DNA of 64,000 nt from Flavobacterium sp. (GTDB lineage: Bacteria; Bacteroidota; Bacteroidia; Flavobacteriales; Flavobacteriaceae): assembly GCA_017983975.1 (NCBI GenBank), contig JAGOAL010000002.1, forward strand, positions 5,752-69,751, read 5' to 3'. Shown one piece after another: positions 8,567 through 18,152 of this stretch. Made by a program: the position numbers and the translations under genes. The notes under the pieces were generated by a model that saw only the letters and a program-made list of their open reading frames with translations, had not been told where the DNA came from and searched no databases. Position 1 is the stretch's first letter. Each line of letters opens with the position of its first letter.

Positions 8567-9802
8567 TTGAGATACAGTATAATTATACTTCTTTTTTTCG
8601 CCTCTTTTTTTACTTCGTGTAATTCAAAAGACGAAAAAGAAGCAACTAAAATAGCTAAGAAAGAGCCAATAATCAAGGATTATGGGTTTACTTTTAATGA
8701 TTATAAAGTGGTGAGAGATACTATTCGATCAGGAGATACCTTTAGTGCACTTTTGCAAAAATTCCCTTTGAGAGATAGTCTTACCATTCATCAAGTAACT
8801 GAAAAAGTTAAAGATTCATTTAATGTAAGGAGAATTAAAGTGGGGAAACCCTATATTCTTTTTTTAGACAAGAAAAAGCCCAATACGCTTAAAGCGTTAG
8901 TCTATATTGAAGATCGAATACAATATACTGTAGTAGATTTTAGAGATTCCTTAGTCGTTTCAAATAAGCAAAAACCAACACGCATTAAAAGAAGAGTGGT
9001 GGCTGCCGAAATTAACGGATCACTTTCTGAAACATTAAGTAATGTTGGGGTTAGTCCTGCATTAGCGCCTAAGTTAGCAGGAATTTACGCCTATACAATT
9101 GACTTCTTTAAAATTCAAAAAGGAGATAAATTTGCTGTGACCATTAATGAAAAATATATGGAAGACTCAATATATATTGGAGTTGAAAGTATAGAGGCTT
9201 CTTATTTTGAACATAAAGGGAAAAAGATATTTGCATTTCCCTATAAATTAAATGAAAATCAAAAGAAAGAAGATTATTACGATGAAAATGGTAAAGGATT
9301 AAAAAGTATGTTTTTAAAAGCGCCTTTGGATTATTTCAGAATTTCGTCTCGTTTTTCAGGGCGTCGTTTTCATCCGGTTCAAATGCGTTTTAAAGCCCAC
9401 AACGGAACAGATTATGCAGCGCCACACGGAACACCAATTAAAACTACCGCTTCGGGCGTAGTAGAAAAAACGGGTTACACCGCCGGAAATGGTAATTTTG
9501 TAAAAGTCCGTCATAGTTCAACCTATGCAACTCAATATTTACACATGTCAAAAATTTTAGTTCGAAACGGACAAAGCGTTTCACAAGGACAAACCATAGG
9601 TAAAGTAGGAAGCACCGGTTTAGCTACTGGGCCTCACGTTTGTTACCGCTTTTGGAAAAATGGCGTGCAAGTGGATCCACTGCGATTAAAATTACCCAAC
9701 ACAGAACCCATGGGAAAATCAGACAAACAAAAATATTTAAACTATATAGCGCCCCTAAAAAAAGAATTAGACAGTATAACCGCACTAAAATTTAAGGAAT
9801 AA
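8567..9802 (+). CDS. M23 family peptidoglycan DD-metalloendopeptidase (lipoprotein)
   Basis: Lipobox-like FTSC; [13 protein letters not shown] and TGPHV zinc motifs. Confidence 0.9.
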   Translation: MRYSIIILLFFASFFTSCNSKDEKEATKIAKKEPIIKDYGFTFNDYKVVRDTIRSGDTFSALLQKFPLRDSLTIHQVTEKVKDSFNVRRIKVGKPYILFLDKKKPNTLKALVYIEDRIQYTVVDFRDSLVVSNKQKPTRIKRRVVAAEINGSLSETLSNVGVSPALAPKLAGIYAYTIDFFKIQKGDKFAVTINEKYMEDSIYIGVESIEASYFEHKGKKIFAFPYKLNENQKKEDYYDENGKGLKSMFLKAPLDYFRISSRFSGRRFHPVQMRFKAHNGTDYAAPHGTPIKTTASGVVEKTGYTAGNGNFVKVRHSSTYATQYLHMSKILVRNGQSVSQGQTIGKVGSTGLATGPHVCYRFWKNGVQVDPLRLKLPNTEPMGKSDKQKYLNYIAPLKKELDSITALKFKE

Positions 9803-11439
9803 TGGCATTACAATCGATCAATCCAACACAAACTCAAGCTTGGAAAAAATTACAAGCGCATTTTGAAACCATGAAAAACGTTCAAATGCAACATTTATTT
9901 GCAAATGAACCTGCAAGAGCCGAAAAAATGCACCTTCAATGGAATGATTTTTTAGTTGATTATTCTAAAAATATTATTTCAGCCGAAACGATTTCTTTGT
10001 TACAGGAATTAGCCAATGAAGTACAATTAAAAGACGCCATTACAAAATATTTTGATGGAGATGTGATCAATCAAACCGAAAACAGAGCCGTTTTACATAC
10101 TGCCTTGCGTGCTAACGAAAATGCTTCTGTACAAGTAGATGGCGTTAATGTAATGCCCGAAATTTATTCGGTGAAAAATAAAATCAAAAACTTTTCAAAC
10201 GAAATTATCTCAGGACAACGAAAAGGGTTTTCTGGGAAGTCATTTACCGATGTTGTAAATATTGGAATTGGCGGTTCAGATCTTGGTCCGGCTATGATTG
10301 TTGAGGCCTTACAATATTATAAAAATGATCTAAATGTTCATTTTGTTTCCAATGTAGATGGCGACCATGTGAATGAAATTATTAAAAAAATAAATCCAGA
10401 AACAACTCTTTTTGTAATTGTATCCAAAACATTTACCACACAAGAAACGCTTTCTAATGCCGAAACCATAAGAAGTTGGTTCTTGCAATCAGCAACACAA
10501 GAAGATGTCGCAAAGCATTTTGTAGCTGTTTCAACCAATATTCAAAAAGTAACCGAATTTGGTATTAATTCCGAAAATATTTTCCCAATGTGGGACTGGG
10601 TGGGCGGACGTTTCTCGTTATGGAGCGCCGTTGGTCTATCAATTAGTTTAGCCGTAGGATTTGATCATTTTGACCAATTATTACAAGGCGCTCATGAAAT
10701 GGATGAGCATTTTAAAAACGAATCTTTTGATAAAAATATTCCAGTTACCTTAGCTTTATTAAGTATTTGGTACAATAATTTTTTTGGAGCTGAAAGTGAA
10801 GCATTAATTCCTTACACCCAATATTTGCAAAAATTAGCGCCTTATTTACAGCAAGGCATTATGGAAAGTAATGGTAAAAGCATCGGAAGAGATGGTAAAC
10901 CGGTCAATTATCAAACCGGAACTATTATTTGGGGCGAACCAGGCACTAATTCACAACATGCTTTTTTCCAATTAATTCACCAAGGTACAAAATTGATTCC
11001 GACTGATTTTATTGGATTCAAAGAGTCATTATATGGCAATAAAGACCACCATGATAAATTAATGTCAAATTTCTTTGCGCAAACCGAAGCTTTATTAATG
11101 GGTAAAACCGAGACTCAAGTAAAATCGGAATTTGATAAACAAGGAATTTCGGGCGATAAAGCCGATTTTTTATTGCCGTTTAAAGTGTTCTCAGGGAATA
11201 AGCCTACAAATACACTATTAATCCAAAAATTAACACCCGCTACATTAGGTGCTTTAGTCGCTTTATATGAGCACAAGATTTTTGTACAAGGCGTCATCTG
11301 GAATATATTTAGTTATGATCAATGGGGAGTAGAATTAGGGAAACAATTAGCAACGAGCATTTTAGATGAAATTGTAAGTAATGCCCCACAAATGCATGAC
11401 AATTCAACCTCGTTTTTATTAAAAAAATACAGAAGCTAG
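9802..11439 (+). CDS. pgi: Glucose-6-phosphate isomerase
   Basis: [29 protein letters not shown] and DQWGVELGK motifs. Confidence 0.98.
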   Translation: MALQSINPTQTQAWKKLQAHFETMKNVQMQHLFANEPARAEKMHLQWNDFLVDYSKNIISAETISLLQELANEVQLKDAITKYFDGDVINQTENRAVLHTALRANENASVQVDGVNVMPEIYSVKNKIKNFSNEIISGQRKGFSGKSFTDVVNIGIGGSDLGPAMIVEALQYYKNDLNVHFVSNVDGDHVNEIIKKINPETTLFVIVSKTFTTQETLSNAETIRSWFLQSATQEDVAKHFVAVSTNIQKVTEFGINSENIFPMWDWVGGRFSLWSAVGLSISLAVGFDHFDQLLQGAHEMDEHFKNESFDKNIPVTLALLSIWYNNFFGAESEALIPYTQYLQKLAPYLQQGIMESNGKSIGRDGKPVNYQTGTIIWGEPGTNSQHAFFQLIHQGTKLIPTDFIGFKESLYGNKDHHDKLMSNFFAQTEALLMGKTETQVKSEFDKQGISGDKADFLLPFKVFSGNKPTNTLLIQKLTPATLGALVALYEHKIFVQGVIWNIFSYDQWGVELGKQLATSILDEIVSNAPQMHDNSTSFLLKKYRS

Positions 11440-11541
11440 TTCGTTTATACTCCTTAAGAGTAATCATAAACAACCTATTTTAATGAAAGAAAATCTTTAG
11501 TTAACATTTTTTTTAGTTTTTTAGTGTCAATAATGTGTTTG

Positions 11542-11558
11542 TTAACATTAACTTAACA
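11542..11558 (+). promoter_or_regulatory. TTAACA-N5-TTAACA direct repeat upstream of the TonB receptor
   Basis: TTAACA at 11542 and 11553 (11-bp period), with an extra copy at 11501. Confidence 0.4.
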
Positions 11559-11612
11559 TTAGACTTAAAATCTTGTAGCAACTTTGCACAAAATATTTTA
11601 AAAACACATCAA

Positions 11613-14372
11613 ATGAAAATTTTTAAAAATGCATTACTTTTTGGGTTTTTCTTTTTAACAACCCTAACAGTATTTTCTCAATCTAAAGTTACAGGAACTG
11701 TATTAGATGGAGAGTTAAATCAACCATTAGCAGGAGCTAGCGTTGTAATTAAAGGTACAACAAACGGAGTAGCAACTGATTTTGACGGAAAATTTGAGCT
11801 TACAACAACTCAAAAATCAGGAGAAATTGTAATTTCTTTCTTAGGGTTTGATTCAAAAACAATTTCTTTTACAGTTACAGGAACTACTACCAATGTAGGT
11901 TCTGTAGTTATTGCTCCAAATGTTTCTCAATTGGACGATGTAGTAGTTGTAGGTAAAGGAATTATTGACGTTGCAAAAGAGCGTAAAACGCCAATTGCAG
12001 TTTCAACAATTAAAGCAGTTGATATCCAAACTAAAGTGGGTACTTCTGATGTAACACAAGCAATGGTTAATACACCATCTGTATATGTTGCAGGTCAAGC
12101 TGGAGGTTATGGAGATTCAAGAATTACAGTTCGTGGTTTCCAACAAGATAATACTGCTTTCTTATTAAATGGACAACCAATTAATGGAATGGAAGATGGA
12201 AAAATGTATTGGTCAAACTGGTCAGGTATGTCAGATATTGCAAATTTCATCCAAGTTCAAAGAGGTTTAGGTTCTTCAAAATTAGCGATATCTTCTGTTG
12301 GAGGTACTGTTAACTTTGTAACTAAAGCTACTGATAAAAAACAAGGAGGTTTTGTTTCTACAGGTGTTGCAAATGACGATTATTTAAAAACTACAGCAGC
12401 ATACAATACAGGTATGAACGCTAAAGGATTTGGTATGAGCGTTATGATGTCACATTGGCAAGGAGATGGTTACAATGATGGTACAAAAGGAGAAGGACAA
12501 AACTACTTTATTTCTTTTGGATACAAAGCGAATGACAAGCATAGTTTCAATTTCTTAATAACTGGTGCACCACAGTCACACGATCAAAACTATACTAAAA
12601 AAATATCTGATTATTTAGGGTTCGGAAGAAAATACAATAACAATTATGGTTATTTAAACGGCCAATATATTGCTGAAAGAACAAATTTCTACCACAAGCC
12701 AGTTGCAAACTTAAACTGGGATTTCAACATAAATAGTACTACTTCATTATCTACTGTATTATATGCATCATGGGGACGTGGTGGAGGAACTGGTAATTAT
12801 GGTGGCGGTAAGAAAAATATCTCAGAATTTAATCCATACACTGGAGCAAATCAATCAACATTAATTGACTTTGATTTAATTTTTGCAAATAATAGTGCCG
12901 ATTCAAACGGAATTGGTTCTAACGAAACCGGATCAAATGCGGGTGTTCCAGCCGATTCATATCGTTCTAAAAACTATGTGATTAGAGCTTCTATGAACAA
13001 CCATGCTTGGTATGGTATCGTTTCTAATTTAAAGAAAGAAATTAATGAAAACTTAAATTTAAATGTTGGTTTAGATTTAAGAACCTATAATGGAGATCAC
13101 TACCGTCAAGTTTCTAACTTCTTAGGATTAAACGGATGGTTTGAAGCAAGACCTTTAAGAAATAACAATCATGTTATTCCTAGTCCTAATAACTTACCTA
13201 TTGGTACTAATACTGTTAATCAACAATTCAACATTAATCCTTGGAATGCTTTCTTTAATACAGCAAGTGACAACCAAAAAATTGATTATGATTACAGTGA
13301 AACAATTTCCTACGGAGGAGTTTTCGGTCAGTTAGAATATTCTAAAAACAATTTATCTGCATTTTTCCAAGGATCGGTTTCTAACCAATCGCACCAAAGA
13401 TTTGATTACTACGATTACCAAGCTGCAAATCAAGATTCTGAAAAAGTAAATAATATTGGATATAATGTTAAAGCGGGTGGTAGTTATGTAATTGCTGATC
13501 AACATTCAGTATATGCAAATGCAGGTTATTATTCTCGTCAACCATTTCATGATAATGTTTATTTAAATTTCACAAACAATGTAAATCCAAACACTAGTAA
13601 TGAAAAAGTATTAGGTTTAGAAGCTGGATATACATTCAAATCAAAAATGTTTTCTGCAAGTGTAAACGCTTACAGAACAACATGGGAAGATAGAATTTCT
13701 CAAGGAGGTAGAACGGTAACGAGTAATACAGATATCGCACCTAATGGATCTATAGTTTTGTTTACTGATCAAGGATTTAAACAAACTCATACTGGTTTAG
13801 AATTGGATTTTGTTTTAAAACCAACATCAAATGTGGATGTTAAAGGTTTTGCATCTGTTGGCAACTGGGAATATGGAGGAAGTTCATTAAGAACAGAAAC
13901 TGATGAAAGTTTAAATGTACTAAGAACAACAGTTAAAGATGTTGATGGAGGAAAAGTAGGTGATGCTGCTCAAACTACTTGGGGATTAGGAGTTAAATAT
14001 GAGTTTATTAAAAACTTTTCAATCGATGCAGATTGGAGAAATTATGATAAATTATATGCTAATGTCGGAGCTGTAAAAGAAAATATCGAATTGCCTAATT
14101 ATGATTTAGTTGATGCGGGTATTTCTTACAAAATGTTAGTTGGAAAAGACAAACAAAATTCTGTGAATTTTAGATTTAACATGAATAATGTTTTTGATGA
14201 GGTTTATTTATCTGAATTAACGTCTAATATTAAAACTGACGCATTCATTAGTGGAACTTCAGGGCCTACTTATCAGTCTGCTGGTAGAGTTTATAAAGGA
14301 ATTGCAGATGGTAACCAAGGTTTCTTCGGTTTCGGAAGAACTTGGAATTTCACAATCCGTTATAACTTCTAA
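11613..14372 (+). CDS. TonB-dependent receptor with N-terminal carboxypeptidase-regulatory-like domain
   Basis: Signal peptide, G.VLD...PL.GASV.IKGT..GVATDFDG, plug ITVRGF/VGGTVN, terminal RYNF; ATG 11613 preferred. Confidence 0.93.
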   Translation: MKIFKNALLFGFFFLTTLTVFSQSKVTGTVLDGELNQPLAGASVVIKGTTNGVATDFDGKFELTTTQKSGEIVISFLGFDSKTISFTVTGTTTNVGSVVIAPNVSQLDDVVVVGKGIIDVAKERKTPIAVSTIKAVDIQTKVGTSDVTQAMVNTPSVYVAGQAGGYGDSRITVRGFQQDNTAFLLNGQPINGMEDGKMYWSNWSGMSDIANFIQVQRGLGSSKLAISSVGGTVNFVTKATDKKQGGFVSTGVANDDYLKTTAAYNTGMNAKGFGMSVMMSHWQGDGYNDGTKGEGQNYFISFGYKANDKHSFNFLITGAPQSHDQNYTKKISDYLGFGRKYNNNYGYLNGQYIAERTNFYHKPVANLNWDFNINSTTSLSTVLYASWGRGGGTGNYGGGKKNISEFNPYTGANQSTLIDFDLIFANNSADSNGIGSNETGSNAGVPADSYRSKNYVIRASMNNHAWYGIVSNLKKEINENLNLNVGLDLRTYNGDHYRQVSNFLGLNGWFEARPLRNNNHVIPSPNNLPIGTNTVNQQFNINPWNAFFNTASDNQKIDYDYSETISYGGVFGQLEYSKNNLSAFFQGSVSNQSHQRFDYYDYQAANQDSEKVNNIGYNVKAGGSYVIADQHSVYANAGYYSRQPFHDNVYLNFTNNVNPNTSNEKVLGLEAGYTFKSKMFSASVNAYRTTWEDRISQGGRTVTSNTDIAPNGSIVLFTDQGFKQTHTGLELDFVLKPTSNVDVKGFASVGNWEYGGSSLRTETDESLNVLRTTVKDVDGGKVGDAAQTTWGLGVKYEFIKNFSIDADWRNYDKLYANVGAVKENIELPNYDLVDAGISYKMLVGKDKQNSVNFRFNMNNVFDEVYLSELTSNIKTDAFISGTSGPTYQSAGRVYKGIADGNQGFFGFGRTWNFTIRYNF

Positions 14373-14395
14373 TTTTATTTAGAATCACACAATTT

Positions 14396-14433
14396 AAACC
14401 TCTCACTCATTTTTTTGAGTGAGAGGTTTTTTT
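14396..14433 (+). terminator. Intrinsic terminator
   Basis: AAACCTCTCACTCA/TGAGTGAGAGGTTT 14-bp stem plus T run. Confidence 0.85.
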
Positions 14434-14471
14434 ATTTCCTATATTTGTAATTCACAATAAAACAATAAACT

Positions 14472-14909
14472 ATGTACAGCACTATTCTTTCCCTTCACTC
14501 TATTGTAGCTTATGCGGCATTAGGAGTATTGTTATTAGCGGTAATTAATGCCATTTTAGGAGTAACCTCAAAAAGTTTATTTAAACCAAAAGACCGAAGT
14601 ATTTCGTTAGTTGCTTTAATCATTTGTCATGTGCAACTACTAATAGGTTTACTATTGTATTTTGTATCTGATAAATTTGAACAATGGTCCTTATTAGGCA
14701 TGAAAATAATGAAAAACAGCGAATTAAGACAACTACTAGTTGAACATCCTGTTACCAATATTATTGCTATCGTTTTGATTACAATCGGTTGGTCAAAACA
14801 TAAAAGAGAAGAAAGTAATAACGGTAAATTCAAAAAAATTGCATTATTTTACTTGTTAGGATTAGTGCTTTTATTGGCAATGATTCCATACAAACAATGG
14901 TTAGGATAA
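14472..14909 (+). CDS. Conserved 4-TM membrane protein with intramembrane His residues
   Basis: Four hydrophobic segments; HS, HVQLLIG, EHP motifs; own TATATTTG promoter at 14440-14447. Confidence 0.7.
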   Translation: MYSTILSLHSIVAYAALGVLLLAVINAILGVTSKSLFKPKDRSISLVALIICHVQLLIGLLLYFVSDKFEQWSLLGMKIMKNSELRQLLVEHPVTNIIAIVLITIGWSKHKREESNNGKFKKIALFYLLGLVLLLAMIPYKQWLG

Positions 14910-14932
14910 GCAACTTTCAAAACAACCCATAA

Positions 14933-15409
14933 ATGAAACAATTACGTTATATAATCCCTTTAATCGTTCTCATTATAGCCATTAGTAGTTTCTCTGATTC
15001 AAGTCACAACTTGGTCAGAGAAACCGCTATTGTTGATAGTATCAAAAAACAGGATTCACTTGCTATTGTATTGGCAAAAAAACAGGATTCACTGTCAAGA
15101 ATCAAATTGACACCCTACAAAAAAAATGTAGAAGCATCACACTATGCCGATCGTTTTAATGGGAGAAGAACTGCAAGTGGCGCTCGTTTTCACAACAATA
15201 ATTATACGGCTGCCCACAAAAAATTAAAATTTGGCACAAAAGTAAAAGTAACCAACACTGCAAATGGCAAAAGTGTTGTAGTTACCATTACCGACAGAGG
15301 TCCGTTTACCAAAAGAAGAGAAATAGATATGGCTAAAAAACCATTTTTAGAAATATCACACAACCGCGGAAGAGCCCCTTTGCGCGTGAATCTTGAAATT
15401 ATTGAGTAG
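14933..15409 (+). CDS. rlpA: Septal ring lytic transglycosylase RlpA-family protein
   Basis: AS.YA..F.GRRTASG, TAAHK.L.FGT.VKVTN and V.ITDRGPF double-psi barrel motifs. Confidence 0.9.
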   Translation: MKQLRYIIPLIVLIIAISSFSDSSHNLVRETAIVDSIKKQDSLAIVLAKKQDSLSRIKLTPYKKNVEASHYADRFNGRRTASGARFHNNNYTAAHKKLKFGTKVKVTNTANGKSVVVTITDRGPFTKRREIDMAKKPFLEISHNRGRAPLRVNLEIIE

Positions 15410-15410
15410 T

Positions 15411-15881
15411 TTATTGCCAGTTTTTATAAGAAGATACACTAAGCGAAGCATTATAATAGCGATCATCACCGGTTACTTCTACTCCTAGCCAATTGGGTTT
15501 TTCAAACGACTCGTTTTCATCTTCTAGCTCAATTTCTGCAATAATTAATCCTTTATTGTCGCCTTCAAAAACATCTACTTCATACAAGTGCTTTCCAAAA
15601 GGAATTTCATGACGAACTTTATCAATCACGCCATCTTCGCATAACAGTAATAATTGTTCTGCTTCAGTAACTTCAATTTCTTTTTCCCATTCAAAACGTG
15701 TAGTTCCCGAATCGTTTCCTTTCCCTTTAATGGTAATAAATCCTTGTGTCCCTTTAATGCGAATCCGAACTGTTCGTTCCGGATTTGAATTGAGATAGCC
15801 TTGTACTATTCGATTCGATCGTATACTTTCGGATAGAAATTCAGTAGAGGTGACTAAAAATTTGCGTTCGATTTCGTTCAT
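15411..15881 (-). CDS. CYTH (triphosphate tunnel metalloenzyme) domain protein
   Basis: EIERKF, RTVRIR, FITIKG, EVDVF, AEIEL motifs. Confidence 0.9.
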   Translation of the reverse strand: MNEIERKFLVTSTEFLSESIRSNRIVQGYLNSNPERTVRIRIKGTQGFITIKGKGNDSGTTRFEWEKEIEVTEAEQLLLLCEDGVIDKVRHEIPFGKHLYEVDVFEGDNKGLIIAEIELEDENESFEKPNWLGVEVTGDDRYYNASLSVSSYKNWQ

Positions 15882-15964
15882 GATGTCGTTTTAAACCTAA
15901 AAAGAAATTGAATTTAGTATTCTTATCAAATATACTATAAATTTGTAATATGCTTACTCAAAAT

Positions 15965-17056
15965 ATGCTTCGGAAAATTATTCATATTGACATGGATGCG
16001 TTTTATGCTTCTGTGGAACAAATGGATAATCCTGCCTTGCGAGGAATACCATTAGCGGTGGGCGGAAGCGAAATTAGAGGCGTTGTAAGCGCCGCAAGTT
16101 ATGAAGCAAGAAAATTTGGCGTTAGAAGTGCAATTAGTGGCATACAGGCAAAAAAATTGTGTCCCGATTTAGTTTTTGTGCCGCCACGATTTGATCGATA
16201 TAAAGAAATTTCCAAAAAAATAAGAAAAATTTTCCTTGATTATACCGATTTAGTTGAGCCTTTATCTCTTGACGAAGCCTATCTGGATGTTACCGAAAAT
16301 AAAAAAGGAAATCCAAGCGCAACTTTAATTGCACAGGAAATTAGAAAACGAATTTTTGACGAAGTTGGATTAACGGCTTCTGCCGGAATTTCGGTGAATA
16401 AGTTTGTGGCCAAAATTGCTTCTGATTACAATAAGCCAAACGGACAAAAAACTGTTAATCCAGAAGAAGTTGAAGCTTTTTTAGAGCGATTAGATGTAAA
16501 AAAGTTTTATGGAATTGGTAAAGTTACCGCCGAAAAAATGTATCAATTGGGTATTTTTACAGGATTTGATTTAAAGCAAAAATCAGCCGATTATTTGGAG
16601 AAACATTTTGGGAATAGTGGCTTACATTATTTTCAAATTGTACGCGGCATTCATGAAAGTCCGGTTAAACCCAATAGAAAGATAAAATCGATAGGCGCCG
16701 AACGTACTTTTAATGAAAATTTATCTTCCGAAATTTATTTGGAAGAACGAATACAAAACATTGCAAAAGAGCTAGAACAACGCTTACAAAAAAGTAAAAT
16801 TGCCGGAAAAACAATAACATTAAAAATTAAATATTCCGATTTCACCCTTCAAACACGCAGTAAAACTGTACCTTATTTTATAAATGATAAAGCAATTATT
16901 GCCGATGTGGCTAGAGATTTATTATATCAAGAACGCCTTAGAAATTCAGTTCGATTATTAGGCATTTCTATTCACAATTTAAATAATGAGGAAAAACAAA
17001 TTACAACACCTTTGCCACAAAAAAGCATTTCAATGCAATTACGATTTGAGTTTTAA
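15965..17056 (+). CDS. dinB: DNA polymerase IV
   Basis: HIDMDAFYASVE, YEARKFGVRS, SLDEAYLD and KIASDYNKPNG motifs; TAAATTTG promoter at 15938-15945 favours ATG 15965. Confidence 0.96.
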   Translation: MLRKIIHIDMDAFYASVEQMDNPALRGIPLAVGGSEIRGVVSAASYEARKFGVRSAISGIQAKKLCPDLVFVPPRFDRYKEISKKIRKIFLDYTDLVEPLSLDEAYLDVTENKKGNPSATLIAQEIRKRIFDEVGLTASAGISVNKFVAKIASDYNKPNGQKTVNPEEVEAFLERLDVKKFYGIGKVTAEKMYQLGIFTGFDLKQKSADYLEKHFGNSGLHYFQIVRGIHESPVKPNRKIKSIGAERTFNENLSSEIYLEERIQNIAKELEQRLQKSKIAGKTITLKIKYSDFTLQTRSKTVPYFINDKAIIADVARDLLYQERLRNSVRLLGISIHNLNNEEKQITTPLPQKSISMQLRFEF

Positions 17057-17058
17057 CA

Positions 17059-17088
17059 ATAAAAGTTAGCAGTAAGGCTAACTTTTAT
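17059..17088. terminator. Bidirectional terminator between dinB and the ecotin gene
   Basis: ATAAAAGTTAGC/GCTAACTTTTAT 12-bp inverted repeat. Confidence 0.75.
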
Positions 17089-17114
17089 CGTTCTTTAATA
17101 AGATTGTAGGAGGT

Positions 17115-17990
17115 TTATTTGATTTCGTTAAAGATAATTTTCCCAGTTAGGTTTTTATCAATTGTAACAGCAGTAAATGGCCGAATTGAATAGGTCATTT
17201 TTGTGCCTTTATTTGTTTTATAGGAAACAACAACTGTTCCCATTGCACCCATTGCAATTCCCGTAATTTCATACGAAGTGTTGTAATTTGTTGTATTGCC
17301 AATGATTGCTATAACATTTTGTTTCTTAAAATCGATTGCAGTGGGTTTTCCGTCTTTACCCATAGTGGCAGCTGCGCCAAAAAGAGCATCAAATTCTTTT
17401 TGATTTTCAATTTTACGTTTTTGCCCTTTCTTTACCGTATTTTTAACAAAGTAATTATTGATGATTTGGTATTCGATTCTTCCGAGTTGAGGTGAATCTT
17501 GTTTTAATTCATTGGCTTTCGCGTCTAAAAACGCATCTGATGCTTTGAAAATCTTATATTTTACACTGAAATTTTCAGGTATGTAAACAACTACGGGCAA
17601 TTTGCTATTATAGCGCACCAACTGCGGTGTAAGTGTAATAAATTTGCGTTCCAATTTAGAATCTAAACAAGCCATTTTAGTACTACTTATTGCGCCATCC
17701 GATTCCACTTTGAAATAAGTATAACCCCAACCATCTAAATTTAGTTCAGAAAGTTGACCATTCATAAAATGCTGATTGCAATCTACGGAAGTCTCTTTTC
17801 CAATATGTAGTTCAATCTTATAGTTTTCTTCGTTTTCCACTATTGGAACTTGAATATAAACTTGTTTGAATCCTGTTTCGGCTTTAGGAAACATTTCGAT
17901 TTCTAAAGATTCATAATTTTCTTCTTGTCCAAATGCAAAGGTAGAAGCAATAAGGACAACTATATGTAACAAAGTAGTTTTTTTATTCAT
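17115..17990 (-). CDS. eco: Ecotin serine-protease inhibitor fused to an extra ~120-aa C-terminal domain
   Basis: Signal peptide; FPKA..G, VDCN.H, L.GWGY.YF, STKMAC and RYNSKLP.VVY ecotin motifs, then a second domain (NNYFVKN...FG.AATMG.DGKPT.IDF). Confidence 0.85.
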   Translation of the reverse strand: MNKKTTLLHIVVLIASTFAFGQEENYESLEIEMFPKAETGFKQVYIQVPIVENEENYKIELHIGKETSVDCNQHFMNGQLSELNLDGWGYTYFKVESDGAISSTKMACLDSKLERKFITLTPQLVRYNSKLPVVVYIPENFSVKYKIFKASDAFLDAKANELKQDSPQLGRIEYQIINNYFVKNTVKKGQKRKIENQKEFDALFGAAATMGKDGKPTAIDFKKQNVIAIIGNTTNYNTSYEITGIAMGAMGTVVVSYKTNKGTKMTYSIRPFTAVTIDKNLTGKIIFNEIK

Positions 17991-18096
17991 AATATTATTT
18001 ATGCTTATCAAATACGAATAAGTAGTATTTGAATAGGTCAAATATAAAGCCAATTTTAATAAGACTTGTGTAGAATTATTTCTATAGTAATTTCAT

Positions 18097-18131
18097 AAAA
18101 AAAATCCGTTTTGAATTTCAAAACGGATTTT
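18097..18131 (-). terminator. pyk terminator
   Basis: AAAATCCGTTTTGAA/TTCAAAACGGATTTT inverted repeat with an A run on the + strand. Confidence 0.8.
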
Positions 18132-18152
18132 GGTATAAGCTTGAATGCTAAG

